Positions 21,514 through 35,895 of a stretch of 45,110 nucleotides of DNA are shown here, piece after piece. How positions within the stretch are numbered: the stretch's first letter is position 1; each line of letters starts with the position of its first letter. A program made the translations under genes and the position numbers. Below the pieces are notes generated by a model. It did not search any database. It had not been told where the DNA came from and saw only the letters and a list, made by a program, of their open reading frames with translations. Source of the DNA: Reclinomonas americana ATCC 50394 (Eukaryota); NCBI GenBank assembly GCA_048213135.1, contig PS015218.1, positions 103,817 through 148,926 of the forward strand, in the 5' to 3' direction.

Positions 21514-24500
21514 GGTTCGACTGGATGTGAAGCACGGCGCACTCCTCGCTGACTTGATCGTCTCTCCGCACGAGGCGCCGATTCGTGCCGTCCACTCGCA
21601 TGCCTTCTGAACGCACAAAGTCGCCAGCCGCCATTTCGTGGTCGACCAGCCACTGGAACAGGTCGCCCACGTCGGAGCCCGGCAGCATCTGCACGCAATC
21701 GCGCAACGGTGGTGGTGCAGTGGCACGTGCCGTCGAGTCCCACAGCACAGGGCGAAGACTCTCCAGATCCCCGACGGGATAGACCAGCACAGGCGGTCGT
21801 AACCTGACGGCGGCCGAAATCGCCTCGAGCACGCCAGTCGATCCAAACTTTTCTTGCACTCGTCGCGCCGACGCCAGACTCCGTTCGTCCACCGGCCTCG
21901 TCAGCCGAGTGGCGTCTACCACCTCGAAAGAGGTGGCGCCGGGTACGTATCGAATGGTGCCGGCGGCATGCTGCTGCTGCAACCAGGTTTCAGCAGACGC
22001 GCACACCGGAACGACCGCCGATGCGCCGTATGGCAGACTGGCGGCCACCGCTGCTACGTGCTCGTAGGCGCTCTCCACATCGACCTTGTTCAGGGCCAAC
22101 AGTACGGGGAAACGCACGCGCAGGAAACATGCCACTAGGGTGAAAATGAGTGCATGAAGGCAGCGGAGTGGCGAGTGGAGGCGTACCGATGCGATGCAGT
22201 GTGTCGGTGTCCCATTCACTGGTACTTGGTGGCAGCGCCGCCAAGCGCAGTGCATCTTCCACCAGTGCACGCGAGGCTTGATAGCCACTGAACATGCTGT
22301 TGTGCGCGTGTGGTGGAAAACGGCAGACGAGTCAGACGGCTTTTCTCGTGAGACAAGGGGCGGCGGCACGCAACTTGGGCAACTTGTCGGGATTCTTCTT
22401 GATGGCCAGCCACTTGCGTTCGACATTGCCAAAGATCCACTGATGCAGCTCCTCGTACACCCACTTGGCGTCGTCGGCGGGGCCACCACATGAAGACAGA
22501 TCGTCACCGTCGACCAGAATGTTGCCGTCGCGGTCGCTGCGGCCCGACGCGTCCACCACATGAATGAGCACGTCGGCGTCGCACAGATCGTTGAGAAAGG
22601 CGTTGCCGCGGCCACGGCCCTGGCAGGCTCCGGGAACCAAGCCGGCCACGTCCTTGACCTTGAGTGGAAGCAGTCGGCGACCGTCGGGTGCAACTCCATG
22701 CAGCGGCTCACTGCGCAGTGCGCCGGGTACGAGTGGCGCAGCCCACCTGCGCAAGGGGACGGTGAAGAATCATAAGATATTGGCACGCAGCAGCATCGCT
22801 ACTGACCACCCGGGTCCGACTGCAAAGACAGGAACACACAAGGTGGAGAAGAGCGTGAGCAATTTTCAAGATATGATTGAGAGTGCGGCCTCCGTAACCA
22901 TTCGGCTCAATGGTGGTAAACGGGTGTGGAGCCACTTGCGCTGCGTGTCTCCCATCGCCGAGGAACGTCTGTGTTGCTGCATTGAAGAAGGTGCTGTGAT
23001 CGCGGTACGCATGCGTGTGAGGAGGCAGGCCGGAGGCACACAGATCAATCAATCCCCTTCGCCCACCTCTTGCCGGCTGATGGTTTGCCGACTAGACCGA
23101 CCACGTACGACCACGCTCCACGCCGCCGCGAGCGAGCCAGCTCCTCGGACAAGATAAACTTCTTCTCCTTGCCACGGAGAGGCGCAACAGCCTCGCCAGA
23201 GGCTGCAGCCTGCGATGACGATGCAGACGAAGGTGGAGGTGGGGGCGGTGGCGCGAGGGCCGCAGCCGCGGCGGCATCGGACGACAGCCACTCGTTGGCC
23301 GCCATCATGGTGGCAAACACCACACCTGCACCGCCGCTGTCAATCGCCGCGGCCTCGGCCGCCTGCTGCACCATCGTCAGCAGTGCGCGCTCTTGTGACC
23401 GATTGAACACCGACATTGGTAGCGAGTGCTCAATGGAGACCGCAGGCACGACTCCGTCGTCGGGGTACATGGCCGGCATGGAGAAGCACACAAAGGCGCC
23501 GTTCTCCAGACGCACCCGCAACCGAGTGCCGGGCGGCGCACGCGGATCGCCGTGATCCACGTGCAGTTCGTCAGGGAACGTGGCCTGCAGCATCTCGATC
23601 TCGTCCAGCTGCGCCTGTGCATGCGCATCATCGGCCACTGGCGCCACCGCTGGAGTAGCACACACCACTGCCGCTGTTGCTGCCGACGCCGACACCGAGA
23701 GCACGTCACTGGTCGAGGCCACCACGAACGCAGCGTAAATGTCGCGCTCCTGCTTGCGACGAGGGAAGCAGTGGGCGCGCTCATCTGCCACACACGCCAA
23801 GTCAACGCCAAGGCAGCAGGCACGACGCACACACACACATGGCCACGCAACGACGATAGATGGCGGGATCCGAGAAGAGCGCAGCGAGTTGGAGCGAGGC
23901 ATCCGGATGGACAACTGCATCCGCCTCACCAATCACATGCAACGAGTGGACGCTGGCCGGCACCGATCCGTGCCACCACCGCGGTGGCATCGGTGCCCCA
24001 GCCACAATGATCCACTCCAGCACGCCCTCGCCACCAAACAAACTCGCCATGATCGCCGCCGCCTGCATCGCACAATCAATCACCAGTTGCAAAAAAATGC
24101 ATGCATGCACGTGGACAACGCAACAGCACCGCCCGCGCTGAAGCCGACAATGCCTGCGCCATACACGTCGATCACCCACCGAGCTCACGCGATCGCCATC
24201 GAACAACTACACAAGAAAAACGCACCCACAAATGGCCCCTCCTCGCGCCACACCCGCCTCGCAAACTCCACAAACACTGCGCCCTCCTCATCGCCATCGC
24301 CATCGCCTGCAGCAGCAGAGAGCGACCAGTACCCGCGACCAGCCACCTGCACACCCGCCTCTCTCTCCTCGTCGTCATCGTGTCGCGCGGCCGCCTGCAA
24401 CGGTCCATCGGGGAACACACCGCGAAACGCACGTGCACCACTGCTGCGTTTGTTCACCGCACGCAGCACTGTGGGCTCCAGTCGATGCCGAAACACCTCG

Positions 24501-24550
24501 CCGAGCTGTCCGTGTCCGTGCAGAAAGAGAATGCGCGGAAGGTCACCCAT
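21482..24550 (-). CDS. Fusion protein: FSH1-type serine hydrolase + RWD domain + OBG-family (Ygr210-like) GTPase
   Basis: Hydrolase: RILFLHGHGQ, GIVGFSAGG, SLHVIGEADAVV, HERAHCFP. RWD: QLDEIEMLQATF, MPAMYP, GVVF. GTPase: GLVGKPSAGKSTFFN, PFTTIEPN, DVAGLVPGA.QGRGRGNAFLNDL, LNKVD. All in one frame after removing 8 GT-AG introns. Confidence 0.87.
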
Positions 24551-24699
24551 TTCGCGAGGCGGGAAAAACGCAAAAAAAGGGCTTGTGTAAGGCACGACGT
24601 CGCGCGGCTCTCCACAATGTCATTTGTCCGCTGCGTCGCAACTCACTCACTCTCTCTCTCGCTTGCTCAACGCGCACACGCACATCACACACTGACATA

Positions 24700-26048
24700 A
24701 TGGCCTCACCACTGGGAGCTGCACAGCTGAGCGGATTGGACGAGGTGTGTGTTTCTGTTGCGTGTCCCAACTCGCTCTCACTCACTCACTCATGCATTGT
24801 TTGGTCGACAGGAGGAGCTGCAGAAGCTGTACACATGGGTGCGTGTTCTGCTGCGCTCCTCACACGAGTGCGCGTGTGTGTGTGCTCACTTGCGTGTGTT
24901 TTGCAACAGGTTGATGACATTCCGCTTTCACGGTGCTGTGCACGACGAAATAGCCCGTTTCACTCGCTCTCTTCACTCACACACTCATGCTTGCACTCGC
25001 ACAGACCCAAACGCAACATTACGCGCGACTTCTCCGATGGTGGTGCGTCTTCTTTTTATTCACACAAACACACGCACGCGCAAGAGACACTCATTTCATG
25101 TGCGTGCGCAGTGCTGATGGCCGAGGTGGTGAAGCACTTTTTCCCCAAGGTACCCCACACACGCACACACGCACTGTGCTTGACTCTTGCACGCGCATGC
25201 ATATACTCACGCGTGTGCGTGCGCTGCGGCAGATTGTGGACCTGCACAACTACAGCGCCTCGAACAGCGTCGCCCAGAAGCAGTACACTTGGACCACTGT
25301 TGCGTCCTCTCGCCCCTTCCTCTTGGCTGCCTGGCTAGCTAGCTTGCTGACTTTTGTGTGTCGCAGCTGCAACAAAAAGTGTTTCGACGAATCAACTTCG
25401 TGGTGTCGCAACAAGACGTGGACGATGTGGTGAACTGTGTGCCGGGTGCCGTGGAGCGTGTGCTGAAGCAGTTTGAGGCCAAGGTCGCCAAGTACCACGC
25501 GCGCAAGCTGGCCGACGCGAGGTTTGTTGTTGTCAACTGCACGAGCCTTGCTTGTCGTTTCTGTTGTTGATCGAGCTGTGTGCGTGGCGCAGACGCGAGG
25601 CTCTGGGTGCCGGCGCTGGTGCGAGCTCGGGCATTCGTGACCATGACGACTCACCGGGTGTGCGCCACTACGAGTCCACGGAGGGCCGATCGGCGCCTCG
25701 GTGCGTTCCTCGTTTGCGCGCGTTCTTGCGTGCTGTGAGCTGATTTTCTTGTTTTTGTGTGTTTGCCAGCTCGGGACCCAAGTACAGCGGAGCCACGTCG
25801 TTTGATCAGCACGCACTGCAGCGCGAGGTCGACAGTGAGATTTTGCTGGAGAAGGAGGCCACCATTCGTGAGCTGCGCGAGACTGTCGAGGTGTGTGCGG
25901 TGGTGTTAGGCGTCAGTTTTTTTTGTTGTTACGTCTTCTGTGCTCATGCTCCGCGCAGATTCTCGAGGGCAAGATCAAGAAGCTCGAGCAGCTGATTAGC
26001 ATCAAGGACGCGCGATTGGACGCCATCAGCAAGAAGCTGCAGGCATAA
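24700..26048 (+). CDS. SPEF1: Sperm flagellar protein 1 (CH-like domain + C-terminal coiled coil), 10 exons
   Basis: LYTWVDDIPLSRPKRNITRDFSDGVLMAEVVKHFFPKIVDLHNY..NSVAQK..WTTLQQKVF, and C-terminal ELRETVEILEGKIKKLEQLISIKDARL. Confidence 0.93.
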
Positions 26049-26400
26049 GCCGCGCGGTTGTACTCTGTTTCTCTCTCATCTGCTGTCTCCTCTTTTCGCT
26101 CTTCATGTGTCGCCCCCCTCTCCTTTCCCTTAACACAAACAACAACACCACCACTCTCTTGCTCAAAAATGTGATGTGGCTCCTACGACCGCCGCGCGCG
26201 CCTGCACGCGCAGCATTACCTTTTTTTCTCACCTCACACAATGTACCTGCTACACCAACTCCACCCACACATCCCAGAAGTCTTTCTGTGATTTTTTGAC
26301 TTTTACCGAGGGCCAACACGTATGAACAGCGCAGGCAGAGCCACACTGAGCTTGCGCCCAGTGAAACCGCCACCCACATACTACTCAACAACGTATCCGC

Positions 26401-27088
26401 TCACACATCCTGGGTTTCGCGGAGGCGGCGGATTGTGCTGCGCACAGTTGCCGATGCCGGGGTGCTGTGCAACGACAACACACAGTTACACACTGCTGCT
26501 GCTTCACACCCTTTGGTGGCACACGAGAGCTGTGACGACGCAACTGCAGGGACCAGGCGCCACCGGCCTGGGTCTTGCCGCACGGCTTGCAGTTCCAGAT
26601 GCCGACAGCGAGGCGCTTGAAGGCGTACTGTGCGTGCGTGCGTGCGGCGCATAAGCCCAACAATACAGCAACAGGAGATCCACGTATTAACACACACAAA
26701 CCTTGCCGCAGAAGTGGCAGAAGTGCTTGGCATGCGAGGTCACCTACACCAACACAGCATTCACAACGCGTCAACAAAAATCACTCCCTTCGTTCTGATT
26801 GCATCCCAGCAGCAAGAGCCAATGATCACCGACCTCCATCTTGCGTGCGCGCTTGCGCAGGTTGGCGCCGTAGCGGGTGCCGTACTTGCCGGTGATGCCG
26901 ACCTAACAATAACAAACAACAACACGCCTTTCAATCCACCTGTTCTCTCAAGACATGCAAGCACTCATTCCTGCATCCTCACCTTCTTTGTGCGCTTTGC
27001 CTGTTGATCATCATCATGGAGGAGAGAGGGGGAGAGAGGGGGGAGGAGAGAGAGTGAGCAACAAAAACAACAACGACCATGCCACCAT
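26401..27088 (-). CDS. RPL37A: 60S ribosomal protein L37a (eL43), 6 exons
   Basis: [88 protein letters not shown]. The start ATG is either 27088 or 27080. Confidence 0.95.
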
Positions 27089-27731
27089 GACACACACACT
27101 CTCTGACGCCGCACGCTCTCAACGACACACACGCACATGCGCAGAGACGATGCACAGACACGCAAAGACGCAAGCGCACACGGCACGGGGACGGGAGCAA
27201 GCAAAGGGGGCGCGCGACATGTGCACATGTGTGCATGCACCACCACAAGCACACTCTCTCCCAAGCACAACCACACAAATGACGCATTGCGACGCTTCCC
27301 TCTCTCGCTATCTCGCTGTCTATGACACATCCACAGAGCAACAACGCAGCGCAACGCGACGAACCATGTTCCCTCGGTGTGTGGAAAAAGTGAGTGAGTG
27401 GGACAGTGGCTCGCGCGGGCCGGATCGATCGATTTGTCACACGATCGCTTGAGTGGGCCCGCTCGATTTTTTGTCTGTTCTTCGTGCGCGCGCGCCTCTT
27501 TTGCGTGTGCAGTGTGTGTGTGTGTGTGTCCGATTGCTTGTCTATCCCACTCCACACTCAGCGATCGATAGAAGTAGACGCGCTTGCGTTTCCAACACAA
27601 GTCTCAGTGTGTGCACGAAAACAGGTCTGTTGGCACGCGTCGGAGAACGTTGTGTCTGTGTCTGTGTGTGTCTGACTTTGTGACGCACATAGCAGTGTCG
27701 TTTTTCCCCTCCCACCACTTGCGAGTGAGCG

Positions 27732-30700
27732 ATGAGTGCACCGGGCAACCGCACGCTGACCATGAGCGATTTGGGATCGCCTCGACCGGTACGCATCGAT
27801 GCGAAACACGGACCTCTCTTCCATTTTTCTCACTCTCACTCGCTCACTCGTATGCAGGTGGTGGGCACAAGCGCAACCTCGGCGTCGAGTGCGACGACAG
27901 CGACGGCCGCTGCAGCCTCGGCGCTGGCACCGCCGGCCGCCGCCGCCCTGAATGATCTGCAGTCGAAGCTGCGCTCGCTGCAGAGCTTCAACCAGAACTT
28001 CCAGAACCTCAAGCGCATGAGCTTGTCTGAGCAGCAGCAGCAACAGCAGCAGGCAACAGCAGCCGCACCGCCACCATCGACAGCAGTTGCGTGCACACTC
28101 AGCATGTGAGGATTGGTGGATTCTCGCTCACACACACACACACACGCACACACACAGAGTGTTCGCTTCGTGGACCCTGTCGGTGCGGGTGGTGCGGCGG
28201 CTGGTGGTGCAGGCACGTTCCGATTGCCACCGGTGCCTGAACCTCTGCCGCCACTGCCGCGTTATGTGTCCGGTGCAGGCGGTGCCGCACCGCGGATGCA
28301 GTCTCCTGACCCTGTGCTGCCATTCTCGGCGACACCGGACTCGATGATGCTGGGCGATTTCTCGCGACCAGCCACCACCACTACGACCACGGCGACCTCT
28401 GGCGCCAGACCAGCGCCGATGGAGCCGGCGCGCTTGCCCGATCGCGGTGCGGAGCCGCCGTTTACGGCGTCTCGTGTACCGCTGGTGTTTGGCAGCACCG
28501 GTGCGGCGGTGCCGACTGCGACGGCTGGCGATCGTGTGCCACCGTACTTGGCCGCCGACGACTCACTGGTTCGTGAGAATGAGAGATTACGCGCTCGTGC
28601 CGAGCGTGCCGAGCGTGAGCGCGATGCCTTCAAGGCCACCATTGAGTCCCTGGAGGAGCGCAAGCGAGCTCTGGAACAAAAGGTGCGTGTGTGTGTGTGG
28701 TACATGAAGGTCAGCGGTTTGTCGTTTTCCCCCCGCTCACTCTCAAGTCGCTGCCGTAGGTGATGCGACTGGAGGAGGAGCGTCTGCGGATGGACGGCGG
28801 AAGGGATTTCGGGTTGGACGGCGAGGAGCGCACACAGAATCTGCGTGTGTACGAGGAGCTGCAACGGGAGCGCTCGTACTACGAGAAACTGTATGTGGAC
28901 ACGAGTGGCAAGGCCAAGCTGCTCGAGCTGGAGGTGGAGCAACTCAAGTCGCAGCTGGGCGCCATGCAGGGCGCACGCCGCTCGCTGCAGGTGGCCGCCA
29001 CTGACTTGCAAGGCGAAATCGATCGCATCACTACCGACAAGCGCTCGCAGATTGACTCGCTGCAGGCCGAGGTCCGTGCTCCTCCTCCCTTTTCCCCTCT
29101 TCACCATCCTCTCGTGTCTCACACACTGCCTCCCCCCNNNNNNNNNNNNNNNNNNNNTCGACAGATTCGCAAGCTGCACGACCTGAACGACGCACGGTTG
29201 CGCGAGTTGGAGCAGGAGCGCCGCAATCTGATTGCGGCCGAGCAGCACGCTCACGCCCTGCACGGCGAGCAGCAGGAGACGCTGCGTGGTCTCAACCAGC
29301 AGATTGCGCAGCTGCACAAGAGTGCCGAGCAGGAGCGTGACGACTTGCTGGCCGAGGTGCGCCGCATGCGTGACGACAAGAACGCCATTCAACTGCGCTG
29401 TGCCGAGCTGGAGGGTGTGCTGGCCTCGCGCGACCACGAGATCCAGACACTGAACGACCGCATCCGCAAGCACATGGACGAGCTGAATCAGGGCCAAATG
29501 TCGAGTGAGCAACGGCAACACATTCTGCAGCAGGACATTATGGACCTGCAGCAGGAGCGCAAGAACATTCAGGAGCGCGCCGCACTGGAACTGGCCAACG
29601 CCAGCCAGCACTTGGATGTGGCGCGCGCCGAGATCCTCGAGTTTGCACACCGGCTGGACGCCTCGGAGCACGAGAAGCACGTGCTGGCCGAGACGCATCG
29701 CATTCAGTGCGCCTNNNNNNNNNNNNNNNNNNNNCCGCATCTTGGAGCTGGAGGACGAGTGCCGCTTGCTTCGCCTCAATGTCGAGGAGTTCAAGGCGCA
29801 GCACTCGCTGGAGCGCGAGCAACGCGAGGCCGCGGTCAACTCGAAGAAGGCCGCCCTCGACGACAACCGCGAGCTGCAGCAGCAACTGGAGCTCATTCAG
29901 AAGGAGAAGACGCAGCAGATCCACTTGCTGCAGCGCCAGCTGCACACGCTGCAGGACGAGCACAACCAGCTGTACAACCGGCTGCAGCAGTCGCAGTCGG
30001 AGCGCAACGCCGAAGTCAGTCGGCTACAGCAGGAGCTCAACTTGGCGCAGTCGCAGGCCGAGGCACTGCGCAACATGCACGAGCAGGCCAAGGAGGAGCT
30101 TCGTGTCTCTGTGTCGCGCGTGTCGGCCGTGGAGCACGACGTCAAGTCGGCGAATATGGTGCGTGTAGTGTAGAGGGAAAGAGGATAGGCTTTCAGATCC
30201 GAGGTGGCTCACTCGATGTGTGTTTGTGTGTGCGCAGGCGGCGGAAGAGCGTGTGGCTGCGATGCAGCGTGAGCGTGACACGCTGCAGGATCGCCTCGAC
30301 CTGATCGAGAAGGAGAAGACATCGATGGCCACGGTGGTGGAGATGGAGAAGCAATCGGTGACGGAACGCACAACACAGCTGCAGGGCGAGCTGGCCAGGA
30401 TACAGCAGGCCTACAACGTCGTCAATGCACAGTACATGTCGCTGAAGTCGGAGCTGGAGGCTCTCTTGGTGCGTGACACACAGACAAACTGTGTTGTATT
30501 TTTTGCGTGTCTCTCACCCTCTCGCTCTCTTCTCTGTTTCCGGTACAGTCGCAACACCAGTTGGTGACTGCGGAGCGCGAGGAGATGATCCGCCAGCTGA
30601 ATGACGCTCGCAAGCAGGCGCTGGAGCACGCTAGTTCACTGGAGGCCGTGACGGAGCGCATGCGCAACCGCGAGGAGGAATCACAAACGGTGCGGAAGCG

Positions 30701-33700
30701 CCAGGAGGCCGAGCTGGAGAGCCTGCGCAAGCGCCGCACGGAGCTGGAGCAAGACCTGCGCAGCCTTAACGACACGTACCAGCGGCAGGGTGCTGAGCTG
30801 CGCACGGAGATGCATCTCATGAACCAGACCTTTGAGCAGCTGGAGGCCGAGAAGCAGCGCATGATCGAGGTGCTGCAGTCGCAGCTGGCCAGCATTCAGC
30901 GCGAGAACACTGAGCTCAACGATCGCTTCCAAGTTCTCAACCAGGATCGCCTCAAGTCCCTGCAGGTGCGTCGTGAACGGCACATTATTATCGCCTGTGA
31001 GAAGTGTCCTCCTATTCACTGACATTCTCTCTCTCCCTACCAGATGTTCGAGCTGAAGGACAAGGAGATGAGCGAGAATGTGCGTCTGCTGACCGAGGAG
31101 CGTGACCGATTGGGTCACCGCTACGACGAGGCCCGCAAGGAGCTGGCACAGCAGAGCAAGTCATGGGCCGACGAGCGCGTCACCTTGACCACGCAACTCG
31201 ACCAGCTGGAGTCCGACCACAAGTCGCTGACGTCGCAGCTGGAGAACGCACGTGCCGACGTGGAGGCGCTGAAGAATCAGTTGGTGGAGACCGGCGATCG
31301 CCTGCGCGGCGACGGTGAGGCCTCGACTCGCAAGATGAGCGACCTGGCCAAGCGATTGGCCGACGCGGAGGCTTCGGATCGGCAACGCGAGAAGCAAGTG
31401 CAGTCGCTGCAGGCGGCGTTTGACGATCTGCAGCAGCGCTTCCAGCAAGTGAACAGCGAGCTGACGGCCATGGAGGAGGACAAGGCCAACCAGGCGCGCC
31501 AGTTCCGCGATCAGCTGCGCATTGCCATGGAGCAGAGGGCCGAGTTGATGACGGAGCTCAACACGGTGCGCCGCGAGAAGGAGATGTCCGAGACCGAGTT
31601 CAACCGCCGCGTCAACGCCATGGAGCTGCAGCAGCAGGCCGACCACCGCTCCATTGACCTGCTGAACAAGAAGCTGATTAGCGAGGTCACCAGTCGCGAG
31701 GAGTTGCTCAGCCAGCGCCAGCGCGACGTCAACATGCTGTCCACCGACCTCACGGAGACGCGGTCGCGTCTGGACGAGGCCGAGAGCCAACTGCGCCACA
31801 AGACGGAGGAGCTGGAGCGCGTGCGCCACTCGCTCAACGACCGCATCAAGTCGCTGGAGATTGAGAACCTGTCGTTGCAGTCGACGCTGCAATCGCTGCA
31901 ATCGGATCACGAGACGACGCACTCGGAGGTCGTGCAGCTGCAGCAAAAGTTCCAGGACCAGACTCGACGCAACCAGGACTACATCCAGTCGCTGGAGGCC
32001 GAGAACACAGGGGCACTGGGTCGCGTGCAGCAGCTGGAGATTCAGACAGTGGAGCTGCGCGGGTCGCTGTCGCAGGCCGAGGAGCGCCTCCGCCAGGAGA
32101 TGCAGGCCGCACAGCGCCGCGTGTCACTGCTGGAGAAGGAGCGTGACGATCTGAAGGCGGCGCTGACGGAGGCCAGCGAGGAGTACCGTGCCCGCTTTGC
32201 CGAGCTGGAGTCCAGCGTGCGTCAGCTGCAGGACGAGAAGGCGCGTCTGGAGATGAACGTGCAGGGTCTGGAGGAGATCAACAAGAACCAGCACGACGTG
32301 TTGGAGCGCACGCGCGAGTCGCACGCGGAGGAGCTGTCGCAAGTGCGCGCGCTGGCCGAGCGCCGCCTGCGCACGGCGAATGCCGAGTCCAACCAGGTGT
32401 CGGAGCAGCTGAGCCACGTGACGAACCAGTTGACGCACGCGCACGCCACCATTGCCAATCTGTCGCAACAGAACGACAAGATCCGCACCGAGTCCGACGC
32501 ACGGCTCGGTCAGCTGGAGGACGTGGTGCGCCAGTTGGAGACGGAGCGCAACGAGCTGGTGCTGCAGTATGAGGAGGCCATTGCCAAGCTGCGCACGTTT
32601 GCCCACGAGTTCCAGACCTTCCGCCAGACGGTCGAGGTGAGTCTGTGTGAAGCAAAAAAGCCAATCAAGTGCCGCCCGTGTTTGCTCACCAGTGTGTGTG
32701 TAGATTGACGAGGAGAACTCGGCTCGCGACTTGGCGCAGTACCAGAACGCTCTGGAGCGCATGCAGGCGGAGCGCGAGAGTCTCTCGGAGGAGCGTGATG
32801 CAGCAAGGCGGCAGCTGTTGGATATCCGCTCTGAGTGCGAAGACTTGCGTGCGACGCGCGTCGTGCTGGAGCAGACGAATGCGTCGCTGGGCGTGGAGCT
32901 GCGCGCGTCCAAGGAACGCTTGCGTACGATGGAGAACGAGCTGGCCGAGGAGCGCCAGCTGCAGGCGCAGGCCCTGCTCAACCACCAGCGTGCGGCTCGT
33001 GAGGAGATCGAGAGCCTCAACTTGTACTTGGAGGAGGCGCGCAGTCAGCAGGACATTTTGCGTGAGCAGCGTGGTCAGCTGATGGAGGAGAACACCAAGC
33101 TCGGCGAGCAGATGGAGGCCATGCGTCAGGATCAGAATAAGCGCTCCCGGGAGCACAACCAGCAGATTCAGCAGCTGAACGACGAGATCCGCACATGGCG
33201 TCAAAAGGCGACCAGTTGCGTGGACCGCGATTGTGTTTCCGTGTTGCATGCAGGCAGTAGACTCACCTCCTGTTGTGTGCAGATCTCGAGCAGGACCAGC
33301 TGCGCTCACTGAAGCGACAACTGCAAGAGCTGCAAGTGGTCAACGTGCGCAACGAGGAGCGTGTCACGGAGCTCGACCGCGAGTTGCACGAGAAGAACCT
33401 CGCGCTGCAGGAGCTGGAGCACAAGTACACTCGCGCCATGACTGAGAAGTCGAACCAGCAGCGACAGTCGAACGCACAGCTGCAAGACGAGAACCAGCAG
33501 CTGCGTCGCAAGGTGGAGCAGCTCCAGCATGCGCTGGTGGAGAGCCGCGCTGTGTGCGATCGCACCATGCACGAGCTGACTGCCACGCAGCTCAAGGTCC
33601 GCGAGCTGCACGACCACATTGTTGCGTACGCGCGAGTCCTCCACGCGATCCTCTCCTCAACTTCTTGTGATTGACGTTGTTGTTTCGTGACAGGCAACCA

Positions 33701-35554
33701 CTCCGTCGGGTGTGGCGGCAAGCGACTTTGAGCAGGTGTCGGCCGAACTGCGCGAGATGAAGACGAACAACAGCCTGCTGCGCGAGGAGGTCAAGTCGAT
33801 GCAGTCGCGTGTGCAAGAGTCGAACATGCAGTGCGATCTGTGGCACCAAAAGGCGCTGGAGTACGAGCGCCAGAGCCAGGCGGTGCGCGAGGCCTTCCAG
33901 CAGCGCGAGCAGACGATGCAGAGCACGAATGTGCAGCTGTCGAACCAGCTGCGCCAGATGCAGGAGGTCATTGAAGTGATCTCCGAGCAGCGCCGCTCGC
34001 TGCAGCGCGACAACGAGGCACTGACGGCACGCCTGGAGCAAACGCAAACGCAAGTGGCGCAAGTCAACGAAGGCGTGCAGCGCAACTCCAAGGACGCCGA
34101 GGAGCGTCTGCGACGCCTGCAGGCTGAAAGCGTTGCGTGCGATAGGAGTAGGTTGGTTTGCTCAATTCACTCTGTTCGCTCACACTCGTCTTGTGATGCA
34201 ACCAACAGCGCGAGCTGGAGGCCAAGCTGCGCGAGGTCACCGAGGACCGTGACACGTGCCGCCTGCGGGCTCAAAAGCTGGAGAACCAGCTGAAGACCAT
34301 GGAGCACGCGTTCGAGAAGGCACGGCAAGAGGTGGATGTCCGCGATCAGCGCCAGATTTCGCTGGAGAGCAGTTTGGAGGACGTCCGTCAGGAGGCCGTG
34401 CAGGCACGCGAGCTGCGTCGCCAGAACGAAGACCTGCGAACTGAGACCGAAGTCCTGCGTCGCCAACACGCGGAGACGTCGTCGGCTTTGAGCGACCTGC
34501 GTGCTCAGCTGAACGAGTATGCGGCGGCCTCGGAGGACCAGTGCCATCAGCTCATGTCGCGCAATCATCTGTTGACTCGCGAGGTGAGGAGGGAGAAAAT
34601 GAGAGAAGAGAGAGAGCTTCATTTATGTTCTTGTATGTGCTCACTCGATACGCAGTTGTCGGAGCTGCAACACCGATACGAGTCGGAGCGCCAGGCGTTC
34701 CTGCTGAAGCTGCAGGCGGCGGCTGACGATCGCAATGCGCTGCTCGGCAGCCATCACACGCAAATGTCGGCCATGGAGCACGCCGTGCGCCAGTGCAAGG
34801 ACCAGATGCGCAAGACCGAGGAAGCCAACAATGTGCTCACCGGTCAGCGACGCAACCTGCAGACAGAGCTGGCGCGCCTGCAGAACGAGATGCAACAGGT
34901 TGGTGACGATCTTTCGTGACACACACACACACACACGGATCCCAATTCACTCACGTTTCCTTCTCCCCTCGTGTAGCACATTCTGGCCGGTTCGCACGCC
35001 TCGGTGACGTCGTACATGAACACCACCATCGAGTCGATGCAGAAGCGCCTGCGCGATGCCGAGCAGGAGAACCAGCGTCTGCAGGTGGTGGCCGATGCGG
35101 CTCGCAAAGAGGGCGAGGATGCCACGGCGCAATTGCTGCAGCATCTGTCCGAGTTGTCGGCCAGCTCGCAGGCGTTTGAGGACACGAAGGTTTGGTGCCG
35201 TCGCCGTCTTCTCCTCCTCCTCCTGCTTTTCGAAGACCTTTGGCTCACCTGTCTCCCCTCCAGATGGCCAATCTGCGTCTCGAGAACGAAATCACTCGCC
35301 TGCAGGTCGAGTTGCATTCGCTGCGCCAGGAGACCGACGAGTACCGCAACGCCATGGAGCGCGACGGCTATGCCAGCGTGCACGGCGGTGGCGGTGGCGG
35401 TATGGCACAAGCTGCCGCAGCCGCGGCGCCGTCGGCGTCTCGTTCGCGTGAGTTGCGCATGACTCTGCTCGAGCGCAAGGTCCGCGAACTGGAGGACGAG
35501 AATCAGCGACTGCTGACCGCACCGGCGGTCGGCTCGCAGAGATATGCGCCATGA
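27732..35554 (+). CDS. Very long coiled-coil protein (~2100 aa, ~15 exons), family not recognised
   Basis: E/Q/L/R-rich heptad ORFs chained in frame by GT-AG introns after a Pro/Ala-rich N-terminus; two 20-N breaks lie inside. Confidence 0.8.
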
Positions 35555-35895
35555 GTGTGTGTCATCTTGCCTCACCCCCCTTTAATGTTTTTCCCATTGT
35601 TCAATTAGGTTGTTATGTGTGTGTGTTGTTTTTTTAAGAAATGTTTTGCTCCCGGTCGTGTGTGACTTATATTTTTCCCTTCACCTTTTATGCGTCACTT
35701 GCCACCCGCTGTACACCTCCGCATGCTTGTTTGTCGAGAAGAAATTGTGTTGTTTGAAAATACAAGCAAGTGGAAATCCTTTATGAGACAGGGGAAGAGG
35801 GGAGGCGAAGGAGTCGGAAAAATGATCACTTGTCCCGCGTCAAATAAGGTCCTCGTTCCTCACACACGCCACACAAAGAAGAAAGGGGGAGAAAG

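Noticed and set aside
26401-27088. Intronic snoRNAs in RPL37A
   Set aside because: No convincing C/D box pair with a terminal stem or H/ACA pattern seen by eye; an Rfam scan would be needed.
28262-33309. Long antisense ORFs (e.g. 28262..29896, 32124..33020)
   Set aside because: They are shadows of the GC-rich coiled-coil gene on the plus strand.
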